This document shows positions 1-12,380 of a stretch of DNA of 64,000 nt, one piece after another. The notes under the pieces were generated by a model, which was not told where the DNA came from, did no database searches, and saw only the letters and a program-made list of their open reading frames with translations. A program made the position numbers and the translations under genes. This stretch comes from Balanoglossus misakiensis (Eukaryota; Animalia; Hemichordata): NCBI GenBank assembly GCA_040954595.2, contig CM082581.2, positions 13,527,921 through 13,591,920 on the forward strand, written 5' to 3'. Positions within the stretch are counted from its first letter, which is position 1. Every line of letters starts with the position of its first letter.

Positions 1-462
1 ACTTAAACTCTAGTTTTTAGTATTTTTAAGAATTTTTCGGTACATTGTATTTGGGTATAGGAGTGTGTTTCAGCTAAACTTTCTTGTTCAAACTATATGC
101 TGTTGCGGGTGTTTACCTTATCAACACAACAAACATGGATGTGTGTAGGTGTACCATGTCAACACTGTAATTTATTGCCCACTGTACTTATTTCGACAAC
201 TTCTCTTAGCCAATCAGGGGGATTCAACGAGAAGGGACTGGCTCAAGTTAGACCGCGCTTGCGTACTCTGTGCTCTTCACCAGTCAAATTCTCTGATGCC
301 CCCATACATGCGATTGTAGACTGGATGGATGAGATATCCTGATATGTAGGAATAAACATTTTCAATTTTATTCATATTTCTCTCAGATATTCCAAACAAG
401 TCTATCCAGAGCTGGACTCAACTCCATGGTCAGTGTTCAAGGGGAAACACTCTGCGGGTCAA

Positions 463-3400
463 ATGTCGGGGGAACGATCACTAACGCCACGCAGCAGCTT
501 CGGAGTCAATCAAGAAAATGACATGACGAATGAAAAAAGACAGAGTACTGTCAGATACCTGCCGAGGAGAGATACCACGTTATCCAAGAATGCAGAGTTT
601 TTAGAACAAGTGAGTTGGAATGTCACGCTTTTTATTTTATTTGCTCGAGACTTCTTAAGTTTGTCATGACAAACTGTGAGTTTGTATTTTATTTAAATTC
701 GGCCAATGTCAGAAACACACATATTTGAAGCAGAATAGTTAACTCAAGATATTTCATTCCAGGAATCTCCCAAAGCTTTGTTTATTGCCAATACTTTCAA
801 GAAAAAGGAATGTATACGTTTTGTGCAGAATCCAGCCAAACCAGAAAACTAGTGAGTATGAATTACCAACATTCAAATCGTGTACCATTGCTGATAATTG
901 CTTTTTCCCAACTGAATGAAACATGGTTCACAAAATATCCATTCATTGTGTGTATATCTCTGTCATCAGTTGTTGCTGTGGACATACACAGGAGAACCAC
1001 ATTCTGCCGGTTGATGGGGCGCATGCACCTCCTCCGTACGAAGCAGCAGTACAGGCAGACAGGCCCTGGAGTTTGAAGAATGATGTCAAAAAATTCCCTA
1101 CTGATTCGTTCGGCAAGATCAATTTTGTCAGTGAAGCTGAGGGAACGAAAAAGCCAGCAAAGGTATCAATGTTGTGTCCTCCTGAGTTTGTTGATATTGT
1201 TGTGGACAGTGTACACAGCATGATCTGTTGCATGGTCACAAAACATGCCTGATTATCAGGTACAATGTCATTCCATGCACCTCATATAACATTTGACCCC
1301 TTCTCATGCAATACCTGGTGAAGTAAGTAGACATTTGAGGTGCACATCATTTAAATAACACAGCGGAGCAATGAATCATGTTTTCTTTCCACTCTTCAGT
1401 ACGTAAGACTCTCTAACGACACGCCGCTCAACTCTATTTTGGAGTTGTTCAATGTGTGGAAACTACCGAGGCCTAATCTTGTGATCTCTATTACTGGAGG
1501 TGCCAAGAACTATAAACTTGGAGAACAACATGCAGAAATATTTAGCAGAGGCTTGGTCAAGGTGAGCATCAAATATTATGTCATTAACATTTTGCTTCTT
1601 TGCTTGTTTTTGTTTCTTTGGCACATTGATGGAGACATCTAGAGTAAGATAAAATATAGAAATCAAATACTAGTGCTCTTTTCTGATTTGTAACATTTTG
1701 ACGTACACAGGCAGCGCAGACTACACCTACGTGGCTTTTGACAGCCGGAACGAACATCGGGGTCGTGAAAGCTGTTGGGGATGCAGTTCGGGAAGGACAA
1801 CGCATGCAGTGGGTCGGAGGTCGTGCCAAGAGAACAGTGCGATGTATCGGCATTGCATCGTGGGGATACACTGAAGACAATGATTGCCTGGTCAGCTCAG
1901 ATGGAAGGGTGAGAAATATTTTACTTTAGCACAATTTTGGTCAAACGCACAGAATGGCATTTTCATAGCCACAAACAACTGAGAAACTTTATTATCCAGT
2001 AGTAAACGCCCACACAAGTCAATGTTTATTGCATTGCTTTCCTGCTACACACGTCATCGATGAATTTCGTACTTGTGTTCGTCCCAAGTTGAGTGGCAGT
2101 AGAGTTGCAAAATACCTCACTCACTAAGAAACTTTACCACCTCTTCTCTCTACTGCATAAAAATGTGAATGATATATTGGCCTTCTAAATGTCAAGATTA
2201 TCTCAATTAAATTTTAACATGGTGTACCTTACAAATCATTCTGTTCTGTTTCACTTTGTTTTTATGACTTAGCAACAGTGAATTGGCTTTTAGAGGGGGG
2301 TGTTGATATTGATCAGATCAGATCAAGTGGAGCTGGCAATATTGCTGACACATCTATTATACTTTCTTGATTAAAATGTTTCAGTGGATAAATAAAAGAT
2401 GAACGCCTTGTACATTTATACTCTGTTGACTGGTCTACATACATGTGTACATCATATAGTTTACCCATTTCCTTTGTTGACAGGTAACTATGATAGAAAA
2501 CCATTTCTTGAAGGCATGTATTTGAACAATCTTTCTACTGTTGCTCTTTCTTTGCAGGGTTTATACCCAGCCAGTTACAAAGTCAACCCAGTTATTAGAA
2601 GGGGTCACCCAGTCCCGCTGAATCCCGAACACACCCACTTTGTGCTGGTGGACAACGGCACCGATCTTAAGTATGGTGTGGAGTTGGATCTCCGGGCAGA
2701 GCTGGAGAAAAAGATTTCGGCGCCAGTCGATCCTGATGATCCAGAAAGTAAGTCAGCTTGATATCATTTATGTAATGGGCAGTTTCATAAATATAACGAG
2801 CAAAGTGTTTGTGAGAATTCTCTGCCCATATATCTAATCCTGGTATGATCCGTGTTTTGCAGATGATGGCTTAGGCATCCCAGTAGCAATGCTGCTAGTC
2901 GAGGGTGGTGTTGATGCCATATACACAGTGAAGAAGGCCGTATCACGTGGCATACCAGCTGTGATCTGTGAAGGCACTGGCCGAGCAGCCGACATACTGG
3001 CATTTGCTTACAACAACGCTGTCACTAAAGGGTGAGTAGTGCATTGGAACTGCACATGCATGTAATTCTGTCAGTTGCTACGATGATTTGTTAGATCTAA
3101 GGACTACTTTCAGCGAAGTTCAACGAAGCGATCGATAGTGAAAGTGTCTTCAATCACAGGCCACCCTGATAGCCTGTGGTACATCATAGGTTTTACACAA
3201 TCTATCATCTGAGATTTCTTCTCCCTTGTCTTGTCCAGCAATGTTGTACAGCTGAAGAGAGATAAAATCAAAATCTTGCGGGAGAAGTTACAGTCTGCAT
3301 ATGGCAATGAGCAGAGTGTTGAGAAATTGGGCACTGTTTGCAAGGACATCCTGGAGACTGTGGCGAATCGGAACTTGGTCAGTAAAATCATTTCATTGTT

Positions 3401-6400
3401 CTGAGCCAATATTCATCCAGTTAATGCACTAAACAAAGATGTGAAATGTCGCTGTGGTTGTTGATTGCTGTTGATTTCTATGACTGTCTATTTCTTTGTA
3501 CAGCTGACAGTATTCGACATGGACAGAGGAGACAAAGCAGAGATGGATTTGGCGATTCTCACAGCTTTACTTAAAGGTAATTTCACATGGCATGAAAATG
3601 ACCTATTGAACTTATCACCTTTATCTGATGAATTATCAGTATCTGAATTATCCTGGTATTATGTTGAATGTACATGTACTTTTTTATGCATAATTAAACG
3701 TCTCCTTTGACTAATTTGTCTAGGTTCTGGTGTCAACTGGAAACACCAGATTGAATTAGCGTTGTCATGGAACTGTATTAGTGTGGCTCGGGAGAAAATC
3801 TTTACAGAAGACAATACATGGAAGGTAAACAATTCATTTGTAGAAACAATTACATTGTAAAACCTTATGAAAGTAGCCTGCGCCACTAACGGCCATTTTG
3901 TAAATTATTTTGTTTTTACACAGTTGATCTTGTGTCAATTTCTGCATTCAAAAGTTTTCAAAAGATATGTTTCTTAATGTCAATAGGCAATTTTGATGAG
4001 TAATTATTAGTATATCAACAATCTACAGATTCATTATTCTTCATGATTTATTTTCAGGGTGAAGAACTTCATGACTACATGACACAGGCATTGATGGACA
4101 ACAAAGTAGAATTTGTCAGGTTGTTTTTGGAGAATCAGGTCATCATGCAGGAATACTTGACAGTTGCAAGACTCAGGAAACTTTATAACTCGGTAAGTTA
4201 GCCACCAAAGTGGGTGGGGAAAACACAAGAGGGATGACTTCAACTGTAGAAAGTATCTGATCAGATCTCTGCAGGTATCGGCAGCATCTGCACGTACCTG
4301 AGGGAGACAGTGGTTGTTTCACTAGATTGTCATGCACTGACACTGTACATATAGAAATTGTTCTCTAATTTGTTCTTTTGCCAACAATCTGCTTATCTGT
4401 TTGTGTTTACAGGCTGCACCCGGGTGTAATTTTCGAATTGTGATGAGCAAGTTAACACCCTGTAAGGTAAGTTACACCCTGCAATTGCGCAGTTAACTTT
4501 GTCAGTCCATTGATTGGTACAATGTACACCCAAGAGAGGTATGTAGTATATTTATTTATTTATGAATGGCTGTAATAAGATTATTGTGTGTGTCACATCA
4601 CTGTCTACAGAAAGAAGGTCCATTCTCCCTCCGTGACATCGGGTGTTTGATTGGGAAGATGATGGGTGCTCACTATGAACCATTGTACCTCCGAGATAAG
4701 AAGTTCAAAGGAACGGCCAGGGATATGAGAGCTTTTGCTGCTCTCTCTATGAATCTAGCAGGTAAATAGTACATGTACACAATCACACACATATATCTCT
4801 GGTACTCATAGCTATTTGGTTCATTCTCTGTTCTGTAGCATCAAGTCTGATTCATTGTAAAACATGTACCTCTGTTGTATGTGCTGTGATTGGTCAAAAC
4901 ATTGTCACATGGGGTGTGTCAATGTACAGTGGCATGGTACATCTAGTATTACAATTACATCAATGTGATTGGTCAACAGGTATGAGTGTGGTCCACAGGG
5001 CCTATCAGGAATACCAGAAAAACTCTGAAGAAGGACATGTGAATCACCTGAGAGATGATCAAGACGATGAGGAACCCATTATGGGTTCTTTTGAGCTCAC
5101 CAATCCTGCCATGAACTTCAGTAAACCTTTCCGAGAACTCTTCCTCTGGGCTATTCTCATGGGCAGGTATGGGAAAAGAATCTCATTCTCCACTGTACAC
5201 AGATCTGGTTAAATTGCCCTTTATTAGAAGTACAGACTCAGTAGATATCGGATTTTTGGTCTGAGTCAGCTTTTTGCTCAGTTCAGTATTACAGAACGTA
5301 TGACATACACTTTCCAACTTTGCAATTTAATGAGTGTCCACATTTGGTAATCTTTTATTTTGACCCTCCAGGATTGATATAGCGGAGTTTCTATGGGAAC
5401 TGGGTGATGAAGCCATCTCCTCCTCCATAGCAGCCGTTAAGATATTCACATCAATGTCAGATTACATCAGTGATCCAGAAGACAAGAAAGGGTATCAGGA
5501 AAATGCAAGGTAGATTTGATGATGGTTGTGATTTCTAACACATAATGGTGGTGGTGGCGGTGGCGATGATGATGATGATGATGATGATGTGCCATCAGTG
5601 TACTTAAAATAAAACTGCATTGTGTGTGTTGATTATTTATCGATATATTCAAATAACCATGTTGCATCAAATATTCTCTGCACCCGTAGCAAATTTGAGA
5701 AGTTGGCCGTCAGTGTGTTGGATGAGTGTTACAGCATCGATGAGGTGTTGGCTGAGATGTTGATAGAAAGACGACACTCCAACTGGGGAGGAAGAAATAT
5801 ACTCAATGTTGCCGCTGAAGCCAACTGTAAGGTGAGAATCACTAGAAAATTTTATTGCTTATCAGTGTTTTAAAATGTGGCTGCCTCGTACTGCAGTAAC
5901 AGTCTCACATGACTTTTTTGCCAGCAAGGAATAAAAAGCCTCAATTTAGACGAATTTATTTTTGTATTATAACATCCTCATGTTTTTATTTGGTCCACCC
6001 TACAGGAGTTCATATCGCATGCATGTTGCCAAAGTCTTCTCGACAAGATCTGGCATGGAGGAATCCGATCATCTTCACTTATGGTCAGTTCCTATTCATT
6101 TGTAACTTTTTGTCCAGGTGATACTAATACTCCTTCAACTTGTAAAATTGACGTCTAATGTCTCTTATTAAAATCTTTTAATCTTTCAGTGGTGGGATTT
6201 CCTTTGAATTCTTCAGCAAGGTACCTGTCTAGTCTCTTCTGTCCCTTCATCTTTATTTCCGTGCATTTCCTTCAATAAATTAACTTCAATAACTTTTGTT
6301 AACTGTCTTTGCTTGTAGAAGAAACATCTACGCTTTTCATTGGCTTAGACCCATTCCCTCAACCATACATTGGCAGATTGAAATTCAGACATTTTAATAT

Positions 6401-9400
6401 ACACCAGTCATGGTGAAATTTGTTTGTATACATTTGCTTGGACATCAGCCAGTTTCTAACCATGTTTTGTGTGGTATGTGTGTGTTTTAGATTGTAGTAG
6501 CTGGACTGGTGCCGTGTGCGATGCTCAGCTTGAACTATGAGAAGGAGAATGAAGAGGATACATTGACACCATTCAAGAAGATTTCAACTTATATCAATGC
6601 TCCTGTGTCAAAGTTCTGGGGAGGAGCGGTGAGTGAAGTACCATAAATCATGTGATTATTATGAGCAAAGCAGTATCTATGGCAATACAACTGTAGTTGG
6701 AAAAGTTGATGTTCATTTGTGTATCACTTTTCTTTTTTGCAATGAATAAGTGGCAATTGTATTTTTTGTTTGTATTTCAGTTTTTGTACATTGTATTCCT
6801 GCTGTGGTACAGCTATTCAATCCTTTTTGATTTCAACACCACTCCCAATGTGGGAGATTGTCTCATATTTGCGTGGATTTGCACGATGGTTGTTGAAGAG
6901 TTCAGGCAGGTCAGTTAAGACTCTTACTATCAGTTGTCATCTTAATTTAAATAAAAGAATGCAAAATTAATTTGCTTTAATTGTGTATTTCAAATGTTTT
7001 AAACTCACCTCTGATTTTTAATCCAATTTAAAATTGAAATATTTTGTGTATTTGAGCAGCAAAAATACATGTCAGCAAATGATAGATATTATACAGTCCA
7101 AAGTGTACATCATCACTTTGAAATGCTGTTGATAAGTTCATCTTTTTCTCGCTTCGAATTCATAGTCACTTATACCAGAAGAGAATGAGACCGTGGGCCA
7201 GAAAGTACGGAAGTGGGCAAGCAGCTGGTGGAACATCATGGATTTAGCCAGCATTGTCATCGCTGTGGTGGGATTCATCTTCCGCTGGTTCCCGGTGACT
7301 CTGGAAGTGGCTCGGTCCCTCTACGCCATCAACTGCACGCTCTTCATCCTGAGAATCCTGAGGATGTTTTCTCTGAACAGCACGCTTGGACCCAAGCTGA
7401 TCATGATTGGCAAAATGGTATGTGGATATACATGTATGATTATGGAGTGGGAGAAAGTTTTCTTCTCAAATGTGATGTTCCTACACAACAGTCTTGCCAA
7501 CCTGTGTATTAACATATCCTACATCTCATTCTCTCTGTACATGTAGTTACAAGAAATGGCCCTGTTCCTGGTTCTCTTGTTTGTGTTCATGATTGCCTAT
7601 GGAATAGCAGCTCAGGCTTTGCTGTATCCACGGAGACAACACTGGTACTGGGGGATTCTCCGAGATGTTGTCTACATGCCCTATTTCCAGATTTATGGAG
7701 AACTATTCCTGGAAGAAGTTGACCCACAATATGGTAATGAAAAGTTTAATTTTCTTTTCATCATTACAGCCTAAAATTACCAGTGACCTTCCTTGTTGAA
7801 CACTGGACCATGTCACCAACTCGTGTTTTTGTAACTTCTGATTGCAGGTGATCCTGATGACCCACAGTGTGATGCCACCAACCTGGATCCCACCCAGTCA
7901 TGTTCCGGGGGTCATCCAGTCATTCCGTTCCTCCTTGCCATCTACCTCATCATTGGCAACGTCTTGCTGCTCAACTTGCTGATTGCCATCTTCAGGTAAG
8001 ACCCATGTGGGCGGCCATTGATCATTACACTGTGTGGCAATTAACAGAGAAGATACCATTCCCAAGCTTCATAACATGAAGTAAAATCTTATTTGTTTCA
8101 ACTTGCTTCTCAAACAGCTATGTCTTTGAAGAAGTACAGACCAATTCCCTGCAGATTTGGAAGTATGAAGTGTACGACTTGGTCATGGAGTTTGAGGACC
8201 GACCGGCACTGGCCCCTCCGTTGATCATATTAAGCCACACCTACCTTCTCCTGAGGTGGCTTTATCATCAAATCAAAAAAGACAAGGGTGTTGAAGGTAA
8301 TTTAACTGTGCATGGACTTTGCCAATATGAAGTAAATGCTTTATGTCTTTCACAATTTCAAACTGATAAAATGTGATTGGTAACCAGTTCTTTTTTTATT
8401 TTTTACAGCTACCGAATATTCAGCAAAGCATTTAGAAATTTTGTGGTTACTTGAAAAAGACTCTGCTGCAAGTTATCGAAAAAAGAAATTGGAAGAGGAA
8501 GAGTCTAGTGTTGAGGAACGATTGAGCAAAATAGAAAAAAGGTAATTCTTTTTAGCTTTTTGTCCACTTGATAAACTCTTGGGACTTTCTCTCTTCGTTT
8601 TGAGTTGTTCAATCTTTTCATCTTTCTTTTGCAGTCGTGTCACACAGAAACAGGAACTCATTATCACAACTATGTTAATGTCAACATCTGTTTCCCATCA
8701 GTAAGTGAAAAGACTGCTGTTTCATTTCACATCACTAATGCTGCATGTTATTCCCTTGTAGGCTTGATGTGATTGCAAAATGTGCTGAAACACTTCTCCT
8801 CAGGGATGATGCAAGACACGAAGGAAAGTCGAAAACTAAGAAAGAGAAGCAAAAAGATGATAAGAGGAAAGACAGTGAGGGCGACACTTACCAAGACCCC
8901 CCTGGTGGCGGTGCTCCAGCAAGTGCTATTACCCAGAGCAACACCCAGAGTCCTGAGCCCGGTAACCATGGCAATGGAAGGGACGGTGAAGGGAAGAGCA
9001 AGACAAAGCAGAAGCTGTTGAAAAGACGCGACGATTATGATATGCCTGGGGGTTCTCAGAGAGATACAGGAATCGGTGAGGTTGATAGTGAAGATGAAGT
9101 AGATGGCTTCGATGAAGTTGTGGCCAAAGTTGAAGAGGCCACCCATATCCTGGTTGATGAGTACATCAGCAGTGGGGCGAAACCTGCTCACAAAAAGAGA
9201 GGAAAAAAGAAGAAATCAAGATCCAAAAAGGACACCGATTTACCACCTGTCGATGTCCGGTCTCTCGGTTTGATACGGGAAGAGGAAATGCGATCGCCGA
9301 GTCCGAAGAGTGTCTTGAAAGCGAGTGGTGATTACAGCGAGAGCATGGATGGTGTCAAGGAAGCTAGAAGGGTTCACTTCAATGAAAGTGATGAGACTCT

Positions 9401-9641
9401 CCTCCTGCATGAAGGTGTTGACAGCGAGGATGAAGACCAGCCAAGAAAAAAGAAGAAGAAGAAGAAAAAGAAGGATGGCGACCGGTACAAGGAATCGTAC
9501 ATGCTGGAAAACGTCAGCCACTGGAAGAGAGGCGAGAGTGTAGCCACTCCAGTCGAAACAGATAGTGGTAGATTTGAGAAACCAAAATCAAAATGGAGAG
9601 GGGAGTATGATTTGTATCATGCTTCAGATGAGACTGATTAA
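463..9641 (+). CDS. TRPM-family (TRPM2-like or TRPS/soromelastatin-like) cation channel, multi-exon, lacking a NUDT9-H domain; 5' end uncertain
   Basis: Exons translate to SLOG/MHR motifs (PNLVISITGGAKN, CIGIASWG, LNPEHTHFVLVDNG, EGG, GTGRAAD), MHR3/4 (MDLAILTALLKG, FRELFLWAIL, ACCQSLLDKIWHG), S2-S3 (EEFRQ...WWNIMD), S4-S5 (LGPKLIMIGKM), pore (PYFQIYGELFLEE), S6 (NVLLLNLLIAIFS), TRP box (IWKYEVY) and ALAPPL. Stop is TAA at 9639-9641. The exon starting at 387 is open upstream of ATG 463, so a further upstream coding exon is possible. Confidence 0.93.
5545..5589. repeat. (GGT/GAT)n trinucleotide microsatellite in a TRPM intron
   Basis: atggtggtggtggcggtggcgatgatgat... lies just downstream of an exon donor and produces the spurious poly-His ORF on the - strand. 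Confidence 0.9.
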
Positions 9642-10743
9642 CCTTAGGCCACCAAGGGGTCAGGGTTCCAAGGGTCAATGAGGAAGTTGTCTGAAGATCA
9701 GGGTGTTAAGATGCAGTGGGTTCAAATCAGCACATGCCAAGATTTAGCCAATGCAGACAAAGTCATAGTTGTTATGCTTAGTTTTTCTAGCTCAGCATCA
9801 ATTATTTGATCATGAATATGACCACTTTGGAAATTCAGCAAACTACCTCAAAGCAGACCTATACTGCAGAATTAAATGTTTGATGCCAGTTTGAACAGTG
9901 TTCTGTGGGCATGAGATAGCATGCACATATGCAAAGTTTTGATTGTACAGTACATGGTATATTTTTATATGAATTATGAAATTTGAAGTACTTGTTTTAT
10001 ATGACAATCATTTTTTTTGTGGGGAGGGGCAATTTCTAATGAATTTTCAGTGTGACAATTGATAGCTATTTTGACAGTATTATGTTTGTTTACAGACTCT
10101 GTGTACATGCATTTATGCAAATGTGTGCTGTAAGATTTTTTATCCAGGCTCAGAAAAATGAGTTTTATATAATGAATTTTATTTTATTTTAAAACAATAC
10201 AACTGGAAGAACAAATTCAAAACATGACATGAAGAAATATTTGCATAGTTATGGACTTACTAAATTAAACGCCAAAGAATTTTTAAAATAAAACTTACAA
10301 TCAGTGGTAAGTTAATGAAAACATTAGGGGTGCTAAACACACAATGTTTGTGATAGCTTTTACATCTTACACTTGTATCTGCATAGACTTTACTCGCCAT
10401 CAACATCATTGTTCATTTAGGACATGACGTTCTACCAACGAAGTTGTGCTATGTGAAATATGTGAAACATACACAAAAATAGAAAGCTCACAATTTTGCA
10501 TAAGAACTGAGTTCACCTGCTTACATTTGTACAAAAAATCTCCAGTTGTAAAATTTATTAGTATTTCCACTGTAAATATGTAATATCATGTAAAACATAT
10601 ATGTATAATGCTACAATATAAAACATGAAAATATACTGCAAAAGTTCGTCTAAGAATGTTGGATGGAAATTGAAATTGATCTCTGTTGAGATGAGTCATG
10701 GACAGTCATGACGTATAATATTACGGGATGCGTAAGGGTTCTC

Positions 10744-11595
10744 CTAGGGTTTTACACAGTCACACTCTTCTAGCTGACTTAGGGGGCCATTCAGGTTTTT
10801 CGTCTGAAACAGATAGAGACACAACAAAAGAATTAGAAAAGAACACATATTCCAGAATCACATTTTATTCCCACTTGGAGAAAAAATTCCACAATTCCTG
10901 GGAATGTTGTATCGCATGGATGCATCAGCTGGAACCAGTAGTGTAATATTACTTGACATGTTAATAACATGTGTCAAGTAACAATTAATGTATCCTGTAT
11001 AGTGGACACCAGATATGTTTTTATGCCGCCAACGTCATCTACGGTTCTGGTTTAACAGTTACCCCACTTAGAGTTACTGACATTGCACATTCCTGACCAG
11101 TGACACAATTGTTTGCAGAAAATGTATTGATTTGAGTAGTTTGAACTGGACAGGGTTAGGGGGAAATGTTAGAAATCGACATTACAAAGCTCATTTTTGA
11201 CTCAGAAGTGTCACATCATATGTGAGGAAACTGATCTGAAAACTGATAGTGATTTGAAGATGAAAGAAAGTAATATCTACTAACCCTTTCATTAAGTTGT
11301 TCAGCCGACTTCAGCATACTATCCAAATTATCTTTTAGTTGTTCATGGTAACTGCATTCTACACATGGATGCGCTGTATAAGGATGATGTTCAGAAAAAT
11401 ATATATGAGCTCTCTGACAGTAATGGACAAAAATTAAGGATTTCCGTTTTTTTTTTTTACCTGAAACAGTAAAGAAATGAAGAAAGAGAAAAAAAACTTA
11501 CCAGCAGTCTTGAGATTCGTCTCCTCAGCTTTGCAAGTCGATATTAAGAACTGCATCACAACTAGTACCAAGATGAATGCTGTGCCTCGTTTCAT
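10744..11595 (-). CDS. Predicted ~80-aa secreted coiled-coil microprotein (signal peptide + CxxC-coiled coil-CxC, resembling the NELL oligomerisation segment), 3 exons
   Basis: Exons: 11595-11502 (caaaaATG; MKRGTAFILVLVVMQFLISTCKAEETNLKTA; donor gtaagt), 11373-11285 (AHPCVECSYHEQLKDNLDSMLKSAEQLNER; donor gttagt) and 10803-10744 (TKNLNGPLSQLEECDCVKP*; long polypyrimidine acceptor). Splice phases 1 and 0 are compatible. AATAAA on the - strand at 10554-10559. Confidence 0.72.
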
Positions 11596-12380
11596 TTTTG
11601 TACAAACTATAGGACTTCTTCAAGGGGACTACAACTGTAGCTTTGGTAGTGAATATTTGTCTGAACGAGAAACTGCTGTTCGACGATCTAAGCTCGGCTA
11701 GTATAAGTCCTTGAATGAGTGGCGTATACGTACGAACAGTGAATGAAACATACACGAAAGGTGACCTTAACCTCTGAATGTAAATATAGCAACGAGTCAT
11801 CAAAGTAAATGTAAATACGGAAGTGATTACGCCCTCTTGGGCAAGGAAGGGACTATAATGATATGCACGTCTTGATCTGACTGGTCTCCTAGCAACCATC
11901 ACGAGGAATAATATCAAGGAATTAACTCTTCTCCCTGGGTAATAGATCAGGCACTTTTAAGGAAATTTTATTTACATTTAACTATTCTTTATTTGTGATT
12001 TTTTTCTGACAACTCTTACACCTCTGTGGTTTATGTATCATATGCTGTTGGAACCATATGTACTTGTATCACAGCATACTGAATGAGACTGAAAATGTAA
12101 AGCTCCTGACACTGAGTTTGAAATATTCCAAGTCTTTTTATTCTAACCAAGCATTCCAATGTTATCAGAAGGTAATGATTGAAGACTCCCTTATTGCACA
12201 TAGATAGCATTCTACAACTTCAAGTAAGTTCACGAGACACAAATTGGACTGCTTGCAACATCGCCATAGTTAACTCTTCAGCAGCTGGTCATTGTCGACA
12301 GCAAGTTTAACATTTAGCAAAACTGTCCCAACATGCTGTTGTTGTTTGTATCAGTAGTCAATTCTTTATTCACAAGCTTG

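Noticed and set aside
8748-9543. Overlapping antisense and alternate-frame ORFs over the TRPM tail (and over the UVSSA and vinculin-like exons)
   Set aside because: They are shadows of low-complexity coding exons on the sense strand.
11074-11145. Alternative third exon for the microprotein (FKLLKSIHFLQTIVSLVRNVQCQ*)
   Set aside because: The acceptor is plausible, but including it breaks the exact CxxC-30-LSQLE spacing. It is kept only as a possible minor isoform.
11455-11501. Polypyrimidine-cag immediately followed by gt (recursive-splice-like site) in microprotein intron 1
   Set aside because: It is only 41 nt from the donor, too short for a normal intron, and recursive splicing is a feature of very long introns.
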